Shown here piece by piece: positions 1-9,871 of a DNA stretch of 64,000 bases. The translations under genes were made by a program, and so were the position numbers. The notes under the pieces were generated by a model, which saw only the letters and a program-made list of their open reading frames with translations, had not been told where the DNA came from and ran no database searches. Positions within the stretch are counted from its first letter, which is position 1. Each line of letters opens with the position of its first letter. This DNA comes from Paragordius varius (Eukaryota; Animalia; Nematomorpha): contig OZ176050.1 of NCBI GenBank assembly GCA_964247055.1, positions 5,022,001 through 5,086,000 on the forward strand, written 5' to 3'.

Positions 1-267
1 CAGCACGAGATTTACGCTAGTATATTATAAAATATAATTTATTTAAAATAGTGTCCTATTTCGCAAAACCTAAAAAAAGTTTTCGTTCGAAACGGTATAA
101 TAAAGAATTTTTAAATTTTAAATTTAAATGCATGCCCATCTATTAATAATACTTTTAAAAGGCCATAGTTATATCCTACAACCTTTAAAATATTTAAGCT
201 TGTTGGCTTTGAAATAATCAACTATATTTATTATAGTGTTACATTATACATAAAACACTTGATATAG

Positions 268-3200
268 CCTGCTTATGTAGACAAAAACACAGTGTTTCCT
301 TGTTCTGTGGAATATTCGGAGACTGTAATTGCAAGCCTGGATTTTATGGGAAGCGATGTGACGAAAGTTTTATATTGATAAATATCACTTTTTAAATAAT
401 TTATATAATATAGTTTTATAGATCTAGAAGCTTGGATTTTTTATGATACTATGTTTAACTGAAAAACACAAAAACGGCAAAACTTCTCAATTTTTTAAAT
501 TCAACAAAATAAATTTTTTTATTTTTAAAATTGTTATTGCAATTTTATTAACCGTATTTTTTCAATATTATTTCTATTACATATTCGATAAAATGTTGTA
601 TTTATTAGAACAGTTGAACACGCCGCCTGCGGGCTGCATGCGACCCACCAAAATATTTCTGCGGCCCACGAGAAATTTTAATCACAAAATTTCATGAATT
701 CTAAGTAAAATTGATTTTGTTAAACAAAATTTCTGATTTATTCCAAATTTTGGCAATGAACTAACAAAAAATGTTAAAACAAATAGTAGTTTTTACAGTC
801 TTATATTTAAAATCTAATGCCCATGTATTTTGCAAATGTGGCCTGTCGGATTTTTTGACCCGAAAATGCAGCCCTTGAAGCCAATTGTGTTGGACACCCC
901 TGTATTGGAACATAACTTTGCTGTTTATATTCTTTATTTTAGCATGTGAAAATTATTCTATCGCTAAAATATATTAACCAAACCGAAACAGATTCAAAAC
1001 AACGTTAATATAGATTATAATTTATTAACCAAGGAGGCTAAAAACGGTTCTAGCTTGAAAGACTATATTTATCTAAGACAAAATCTTGTTGTTTAATTAA
1101 TTGTTCATTTATATTTTTCTAACAATAGTAAATAAGAAAATTCACACATAGAAAAACTTTACCTTGATAATAATTTTAAATTTACGTTAAAAAATATTAA
1201 CAATTTAGATTTAGAGTTTCTTTTTTCCCCTGGCTCTTCATGATGATTTATATCAGTGATACTCAAACCGCGGCCCTAAGATCGCTTTAAAATTGCCCTA
1301 TGACCATATGGATACTTAAATTATTTTTTTATTGATAATTTTTAAAATACACATAAAAACGAATTTTCCCTTATTTTAATATTAATTTATTTTCATTAGA
1401 TTAAATTTTGGTATTTTTTATTTTTTATCCAATTTGAAATGTAGAATTTCCCTACATTAAAATTGTTTTAAAATTTTGGCACAAGTTGTTTGTGTTCTGT
1501 ATTCTATTTTCTTTTCTATTTTGGAATTTTTATTTTATTACATTTTTGTATTTAGGCAAACCTTTCCCAAACTTGCATATAAATATTCTTTTCATTGCTA
1601 GCATCATTTTTTCATTGCCATAAAATATTTTTCTAATCAAAATCAGTAAATTTCGTCCTGTTTTTATAGCATAATTTATATTCCTATTTTTTGAAAAAAA
1701 TTACATAATATTTAAACATAAATTTTAAGGATTAATGCAAAAAACCGTAAATTATCCAATGCAAATCGCTTTTTTAAATAAGAATCGGAAGAAATTTTTT
1801 TTGTCGTTTTATAAATGTTGTTACCTGCCTTATATGTTAAGACAACATAATTATAAAAAATACAATTTTGAAAGACATTTTACAATCCATCATTTTCATA
1901 AATTACCGGAAAATCATGAGGAAAGAAACGAAAATAATAAAAAGATTAAGAAATTATACCAAAAAAAATCTATTTTGTCCAGCCTCGTATGAAAATTTGC
2001 TATATTTTAGAAAAATATATGAAACCGTTTACTGATTCCCAACTAATAAAAGAAGGTCTAATAAATGGTTGCCCTTTTTTATTTGATAAATTCCATAATA
2101 AGATAAAATCGTGGGACAAATTAAAAACTTCAACTTTCTGATTCAACCTGTGCTCGACGCATTCAAGATATGTCAAAATATATTTTTAACAATACATTAT
2201 TGGTTCCAAAAACCTGCAAATATTTTAGTATTGCTATTGATTCTAGCACTGATATTAGTTCAACACCTCAATGTGCGCTCTTCGTGTGATTTTGCAACGA
2301 CAACATAATCAACGAGGATTATTTAAAATTTTTACCAATGAATAATATCACGAAAGGACTATTTTCTACAAATAATTAGCAATTTTTTCGATAATAATAG
2401 TATATTTATGAAAAAATTGATTTCATCTGCACAGATGGCTGTCCCTTTATGGATGGAATAAAAGGATTTATTTTTCTTTTGAAAAACAAATATAATTTGC
2501 AAAATATTTTATCCTTTCACTGCTTTATTCATCAGCAAAACTTATTTTCGACTATAAAAGATGAATCACTCAATTTGGTAATTAAAACGGTTGTGGATAT
2601 AGTTAACTACAACCGTGGCAGAGAATTCAACCGCCGTAAATTCGAAAACCTTCTGAAAGATATCCACAGTGAGTTTGATGATAATCTTATGTACTCCGCT
2701 GTTAGATGGCTAAACCTTAGTAAAGTATTAAATATATATTTTGTTTTAAGACATGAAATATTATTTGTTAAAGATAACAGAATGATTAACGAGGAAATTA
2801 ACAGTGACAAATGATGGGTTTTATTAGACTACCTTTGCGACATTATTTATAAGCCTATTATTTTTAATCACGTCTTCAAGGGAGCCAAATAATAACCCAA
2901 TTCGCTAATCAAATATATGCTTTTGAATAAGAATTAATAACATATAAACAAGATTTCATTAATAAAACACTAATATATTTGCCAACACTTAAAACGATTC
3001 ATGAAGAAAATATGGAATTTACCGCATAGGTTTATATGATAATAGACAATCATATAAATTTTTATTTAACTAGATGAACTACAGATTTCAAGAATTATGA
3101 AATATTTAAATTTGCTTAAAACTTTTTGAAAATCCATATATTCATAAGCAACTTGAGCATTTTGGTTTATATCAGGCGCATATAATTGAAGAATTTGTAG

Positions 3201-6200
3201 ATTATAAAATTGATTCCAATTTGGAGATATTCAAGGAGAATCGTAGAGAAGAAAGTTATTTAGAGTTTTGGCAATACCAAATAAATATGAAAATATATTC
3301 AAATCTGCTCAAGTTATCATAACTGTTTTTCCCTCAACTTAGAGGTAACGGCGTATTCGAAAATGAAATATGTCAAAAATACATACAGAAATCGCTTAAC
3401 CGGTGATTATATGGACGACGAATTAAGATAGGCCTGTCATGAGGCGAAACCAAATTTGTCAAAAATTATTGGTTAATATCAAAATAAATGTTGTTTTCAA
3501 AATATTTTAATTTTTTTGAACTAAATGATGCAAAACGAGTTTTTAGCTGGATTTACAGGCGATCCGCACAAAATTCATTGTGCTGATTTAGAGTATGAAT
3601 ATGTGCATATGTGTCAATTAGCTATGGAATATTTGACATCATAAGGTTCATGGCCCTCGAAAAAAAATATATTTGGTTTGGCCCGTCAAATTTTTTTAGT
3701 GAATACCACTGATTTAAATTGATAAATTGAACCGTTGGTTTAAATAAATAATTATTTTGTTGGATCGTGTTGCTCCTCGGCCTTTTGAAATGTCCAAACA
3801 AATAGCTAAATATCCCAAATTTTTAAATTTTCTAATTTTTGTTAAATATTTATTTTGAAAGCATGTCAATGCAACATAAATAATTCCGAAAACGCTCTTT
3901 GCAATACTGTTGGTGAATGTAAATGTTTACCAGGATACTTCGGCTCAACATGCCACCAAAGTATATTTTAAATATATCAGTTTAGTTTTTATAGATTAAA
4001 TTTTTTAATCAGGCGTGTCCATCACGCTACCCTCCAAGACTTTATGTGCGTGCGAAATATTAAAAATCTATAATTCCCAAAATTAGGCTCACAAAATCTC
4101 AGTAAAATTGATAGTTCTATAACAATTTTTCTAAATAAGTCTACCCAATTAGCAAAAATTAAAGATGTTATATTGTGTTCGCATTTTACAATCTTACTTT
4201 TGAAATCTAATTATTCATGAATGTCCATTTATATTTAACACTTCGATTCATATTGGGGTATCCAAATACCCCAGACTATATTTAAATTAATATTTTTAAA
4301 ACACTATGAAGGAAACGGTCTCAATTTAAATTTATGCTTTTATCCTGATAAAAATTATATAAATATGCCAAAATATCTTGATAACATTTTGTTTTGAAAA
4401 AAAGGTTCCATCTCAAACTACTTCGACGCCATTTTGTTTTTACAAAATTTTTGCAAAATATCGTCTACATTTAATTTCAAGAGTAAAACTAAAGCTAATT
4501 TATCATATAAATTACATCTAACATTGATAGAAATAGAAAAAGTTGTATTATTTCTTAATTTTACCATTTGACACATGTCACGTTGACGAAATTTTTACCT
4601 TTCGGTTTTAGTTTAAAATAAGTAATATCAAGTATTTTTGAATAAAATTTTTTATATATTTCGGTTTATTAATGTTATATAAGTGCAAAATTTTGCCATG
4701 TTTTCAATTCCTTACATACTTTTTAAAGTATTTGATTTTAAACAGGCATGGGGTATCCAACTACCCCAATTTGAACCGAAGGGCTAAAATGAGTGTTTTG
4801 TATCCAAGTGTTAAAATGCGTCCCAGGTTTTTTGAACCAAAAATGCGGCCAGCCATTTGTGTTGGTCACCCCTGGTTCAAATCTATATATTAATAAAAAA
4901 TTAATATATTAGCTTTAAAGTTATTTTCTGGAAGTAGATGCATGCATTTAAGTGCAAAAGTGGATATTTTTTATTCATCAGAATAAAAACTCCAAACATA
5001 GTTGTACTTTTAAATTAGCCTCTGTATTCAGCCGCAACTGTGTAATAGGGCTTTTAAAAATAAAAGGTCCAAAAGTCGTGTATTTTAAACAAATGGAGGA
5101 GGAGAATGTATGCATAATCAAAAAACTCATTTATATAGCGCAGATTATAGTGGAACTGGATAGATCTTGGGCTGCAAAATGAGTACTTTTTCGTTAAAAT
5201 AATTTTTTGAATAGTTTTCATATATTTCCCATAAAGAGATGATGATTTGAAGTAATCCCAGGGTAGAGGCCCACGTATAAAAAATACGCATTCTCATAAA
5301 AAAATCATGTCTTGGAAGCAAAAAAACTTTCCATATGAAATTAATTATTTTTTACAACTCTTAATAAATATGTCCAGCATTTTCTATTCAAAATTAGGCC
5401 CTGAGTACAGCCCAATTATTTAAAAAGCATTATTCGTAAATAGAAAATATCAACCTAAATAAACATAGGCGGTTTCGCGAAAAGAAAAGGGCCTTTAAGG
5501 AAATATAATTTGGTTATTCTAGGTACAATCGGTTGTTTTTCATTTTAAGTATGTTAACTTTCACAACTTTGTTTAACAAGTGTTAAATTTCACTCCTAAC
5601 CAAGATTTTCCCGTTGTTTTAATGTTTGAAATATTGTGGCCCACTATAGCACACTGTTTCAACAATTTTAAAAAATCAGACCAATTACTATTTATAAAAA
5701 TACAAAACAATGTCCATTGTGTCTGTAGTTTGGATAAAATGACTTTTCTGATAAAAAAATTCTAATAATATTCTCAAGTGAAATAATTATGTCGTACTGA
5801 TGAAGACTTGTAAACAATTACTATTGATAAGATATGTCCACACCATCTGTTTATTTAAAAATTTCTGTTTTCAGTTAAAAATAGTATAGTTATAAATAAG
5901 ATATCAACTCAAATTGAAATATCTTATCGATTGATGTGCATTTGAAATATTACTAATTTGTTTTTATGTTTGTTTATCATATCTAATTGTATGTTATAAT
6001 TGATCACAAATAGATACCCGATAATTTATCATTAATAATTAACATAATGCTATATATTATTTGCATAAAAATTATTTGCTTAATAAGGTTCATAACTACA
6101 AGTACTCTTTTATTTTAATCCTCAAAGATTTCATAAAAATATTTTCTTAAAATATAATTTCATAATGAAAATTTGAAATTTATATTGTGTTTTTAGCTTG

Positions 6201-7556
6201 TAAATGTAAATTGTATGGCTCAATCAGTAATAACTGTGATTCCTATGGTTATTGCCAATGTATTGATGGATACTTTGGAAAATATTGCCAGCATTGTACT
6301 TGTTATAGTTTTATAATTTATTAATCGAATTATTTATAAATAATTTTTACATCAGGTTTAACAACTAAAAGCATATATTGATTGCAGTTTTAAGTAGAAA
6401 CTTTCTATAATTTATAAACCGATCGAATTATTTATTTTAAAAATGCTTTTATCTAAAAACCTTTATTAAAGCGTTTAAGTATTAATTTCCAAGTTTAACA
6501 ACAACATTGCCAAAATGATGTACTCTTATAAGATTGGCCTTGATTAAAGAAAAATAATTCTATGTTTCTCTGTATGGTATTAAAGATTTTAAATAACAAT
6601 CTTAGCTTGTAGATGCATAGGGAGTTCAAAATATTCCTGCAATCCGGCTGGTTTCTGTGATTGTGATTTCGGATATACAGGAAGAATATGCAATATTCAT
6701 TGCAATTGTAGTCTAAACGCAATTACTACCATGTGCGATAGCTTTGGACAATGCCTTTGTAAACTTGGTTATTATGGGAAAATTTGCGATAAAAGTTATA
6801 TTATTTGTAACTTATTTCAAATTCTATTATTATTTTTAGGCAATACTAAAATATTTTCTTGTTTATAAGTATTTAAAATGGTAACTAAAATTTTATCATC
6901 CAAATAAAAAATCCCTTATTTTTACTATAATTGCTTAATGGCTGCAAATATTCCATTTGAAGCGCTGCTGTGGGAAAAAGATACTAGATTTTACCCTATA
7001 TGTAAAAATATTGGAGACAAAAAAAAATACAAGACCTCAAACGTTGATTTGCAGCTTTTTGGTAAATTCATATACTCGTTATAATTTAATGGGGGCTAAT
7101 ATTTTATTCCTGTTAACACATGGCAGTTAAAGCTTTTTGGAGTAAGTATTTAAAAAAAGCCACTCACAGAACCGATAAGTGATAAAAGGCATTTTCTTAA
7201 ACGGACATATTAGGCCATCAATAAATTTATCTATGTCTTATTGTAAGGAGTTATTTAATTAAATTGGAGATATTTTTATCTACATGTATGATGCATATCC
7301 AAAATTTTTTGTTTTGACGCAATTTCCCAGAAAATGTAAAGGATCATTAATATTAGGTACTAATTAAGTCAACAGTCGATCTCTAACATAAGTTCCAATA
7401 AAATACCAAATAATATTGAACTAATAAAATAATAAAAATAATTTTCTGTTCTATATCGGTAAATAGCGTGTGAATGTCATCCAACCAGCAACGGAGCTTG
7501 CGATTCGAAAGGCTATTGTGTTTGCAACCGACATTTTGGACCATTCTGTTCTTACA
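268..7556 (+). CDS. Multi-exon protein with tandem 6-Cys laminin-type/EGF-like repeats (5' end outside window; 3' end uncertain)
   Basis: Five phase-1/phase-1 AG..GT exons. 268-366: CLCRQKHSVSLFCGIFGDCNCKPGFYGKRCDE. 3862-3960: CQCNINNSENALCNTVGECKCLPGYFGSTCHQ. 6197-6295: CKCKLYGSISNNCDSYGYCQCIDGYFGKYCQH. 6606-6794: two repeats. 7467-7556: CECHPTSNGACDSKGYCVCNRHFGPFCSY. Shared pattern C-x-C-x(5-8)-C-x3-G-x-C-x-C-x2-G-[FY]-x-G-x2-C. All are too short for the ORF track. Confidence 0.8.
611..902. mobile_element. hAT-type MITE, family A (TIR CAGGGGTGTCCAACAC), left TIR degenerate
   Basis: Right end ...TGTGTTGGACACCCCTG at 902. Flanks TATTAGAA / TATTGGAA (7/8 TSD match). About 290 bp, like the other family-A copies. 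Confidence 0.75.
1254..3711 (+). mobile_element. Decayed hAT (Buster/SPIN/Charlie-like) DNA transposon, 2.46 kb
   Basis: Ends CAGTGATACTCAAAC... and ...GTGAATACCACTG. Flanks ATTTATAT / ATTTAAAT (7/8 TSD match). Transposase remnants inside. Confidence 0.85.
2111..3440 (+). pseudogene. hAT transposase pseudogene (GTF2IRD2/SPIN-like)
   Basis: Frameshifted fragments: SIAIDSSTDISSTPQCALFV (~2225-2290); ICTDG (~2425-2440); FHCFIHQQNL...VRWLNLSKVL (ORF 2449-2814); KMKYVKNTYRNRLT (~3360-3405, hATC-like). Contains stops and frameshifts. Confidence 0.85.
4010..4874. mobile_element. hAT MITE family A interrupted by a piggyBac-like MITE
   Basis: CAGGCGTGTCCATCAC at 4010 and GTGTTGGTCACCCCTG ending at 4874. 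Removing the insert plus one TTAA leaves 289 bp, the family size. Confidence 0.75.
4239..4810 (+). mobile_element. piggyBac-like MITE family P (~570 bp), copy 1
   Basis: TTAA on both sides (4235-4238, 4811-4814). Ends CACTTCGAT.../...ATCCAAGTG. Subterminal TTCGATTCAAATTGGGGTA-like motif at both ends. Highly similar copies at 26414, 37757 and 38964. Confidence 0.85.
5775..5830 (+). repeat. Decayed, internally deleted copy of the hammerhead-containing repeat
   Basis: TCAAGTGAAATAATTATGTCGTACTGATGAAG...ATTACTATTGA matches 40396-40461; stems II and III are deleted. Confidence 0.6.
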
Positions 7557-7898
7557 GTAATAATATGAAATATTTAAGAATTCTTTATCAAAAATTTGAA
7601 AATCAAATTGATTAAAAGACAATAATTATGAAAAACAACTTAAGTCCCAGTTTAGACTGACATAGTATAAATAAAAAGTAAGATTATTTAGTAATTATAA
7701 ATGAATGAAAAAGGTATTTAAATTTTAGTTGAATCCAAACTTTAATAGGTTTTTATAATAGATTGTGTAAATTTTGAAGAAAATAATGACATTTATTCTG
7801 AAATAAGCAAACTCTCATGTAAACAAAAATTGGCGCGCATTTGATTAAAATTTTTTTGGTGAAAACTGTATATTTATTCAATAACTAAAATATATATA

Positions 7899-9033
7899 CA
7901 CTGTGTGCAAAAAAGAGGTTAAATTTTTTTTTTCATGAGATAGATTATGACCAGTGAATTCATTTTCCGTAAAATTTTTTATTTGTTTACGACCTAGTTT
8001 TTGAAATTTTGAGAGAAAATCGAAATTGGGCAAAAAGTGAAATTTGATAATTCAAACAATAATGATAAAAGTTGAGAAATTATGGTTTATTTATAATTTT
8101 ATGAGATATTCTTCATATATAAATAGACTAAAATCATATAGTTAGAGAATGTATAAAATCTCAGTTCAAAAAATGGCATTATCATATATTAAAACATTTT
8201 TTTTAATTATTTACTAGCTAAACTCATTATTGAAATTTAAACATTCACATTTTTTCAGTAAAAAAAACTTAATAAAATAAAACTAAAAGATATTGTTTTC
8301 TTTTTTCATTTTTTGGAATCCTACATGAGCGGGAATTAAAAAATATATAATTTATGCAAAATAAAATTTACAACTACTGGAAAATCAACTAAAAATCCGT
8401 ACATCCCAGTAAAAATAATAATTTGTTTTAAAATAATACTTTTACAGGGATATATACGGATTTTTGGTTGATATTCCACTACTTAAATCTTTTGCATGCA
8501 TTATGTACTTTATTCTCGCTTATGTGAAATTCCAAAATAAGACTGTTAATTTTTCATACCGGCATAAACCAGATGACATAAAATGAAAAAATAAGAATTT
8601 TTTAATTTTATTTTGATATCGAAGTTTTTTCTACTGAATAAAATATGAATTTTAATATTTAAATAGTGACTTTAGCTAGTAATTGCTTAAAAAAAATTAT
8701 TTTAATATATTTTTATAAAAATTTTTTTGTTTAAGTGTGTTAAAAGTAAAACGCCATCTTTTGACCTGAGATTTTATACAAACCCCTAACTATATTTTAG
8801 GCTATTTATATATAAAAAATATCTCCTAAAATGATGATAGACCATAATATCTCAACTTTTACTATTATTTATTAAATTATCCTTTATTACCTTAATTTTC
8901 ATTATAGTTCGATTTTCTTTCAATATTTCAAAAACTAGGTTCAACACATAAAAATGTTAACGGGAAATGAATTCACTGGTCATATATTTCATGGAAAAAA
9001 ATTATTTTGTTGAAATTTTTTTTGCACACAGAG
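7899..9033. mobile_element. Fold-back (whole-length palindromic) non-autonomous DNA element, TA-flanked
   Basis: TA-CACTGTGTGCAAAAAA... / ...TTTGCACACAGAG-TA. Nested inverted matches include GACCAGTGAATTCATTT/AAATGAATTCACTGGTC and AAAATCCGTACATCCCAGTAAAA/TTTTACAGGGATATATACGGATTTT, with the centre near 8425. Confidence 0.8.
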
Positions 9034-9718
9034 TATATAAAGGTATACAATATTTTGGAGCTCCAAAAGTCTCAAATTTTTAGAAGCATCCTAAGTGTGC
9101 AAGTTCTCCTAAAAAGGCGAAAAGGCCGAGATTGGGCGATAATAAGCATAAATATATGTTAAATTATGACAACAAAAGCAAAAAAGGGATATTATGCTTA
9201 AATGTTTTTTTTATGGAAATATGTTTTTATAATGTTTTTTTTAATGAATTTATGTTTCCATCATGATGCCCTTAAATAGTATAAGTACGTTTCAACAAAT
9301 TTTGGTAATATTTTTGAATAAAGTATCAATTTAAAAAAATGATTTTGATAGTATAATAGTGTTAAAATTTTTTCCGCGAAATCTCGGCATATTTGCGTTT
9401 ATTTTAAAATAACTACCCAAAACGGAGGGGAAATTATTTTTGCAGCGTACATGTCAAAATTAAAGCTTTATAAAAATATTATGATCATGAATTATAATAT
9501 ATCATATATTTTAATGATATATTAGAATAGTATTTGGCTTTTGCCAAAAAAAATTTATAGAACAAAACCGCGCTGATATCGAGCAAATACCAAAAAGTGC
9601 AAATAACATTCTTATTTTATTATTAAGCCCTAAAACAAAATACAATACTTATACATTCATCTAACAAAACTTATATATTTTATTTGGTTGGATACTTACC
9701 TCCCGATTTCGTGCTCAG

Positions 9719-9861
9719 TTTCTATATCTCTTGTATTATACTTTCTGTCACTCTTTTTTACAAATGTGGAACCCTATAACCACAATCATAGATGGAATCA
9801 GTTGTATAAAAAAATCTACACTCCAGTATATATTTATATATATATATATACTAAAGATTAA
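9719..9861 (+). other. Possible hydrophobic terminal exon of the EGF-repeat gene
   Basis: CAG acceptor at 9718 is phase-compatible with exon 7467-7556. Reads ISISLVLYFLSLFFTNVEPYNHNHRW... to TAA at 9861. Not supported by homology. Confidence 0.3.
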
Positions 9862-9871
9862 TGTATAAAAT

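Noticed and set aside
4672-4893. Similar short ORFs at 4672, 26843, 37441 and 38920 suggesting a small gene family
   Set aside because: They overlap or abut copies of the family P MITE; any similarity reflects the repeat and the frames are not conserved.
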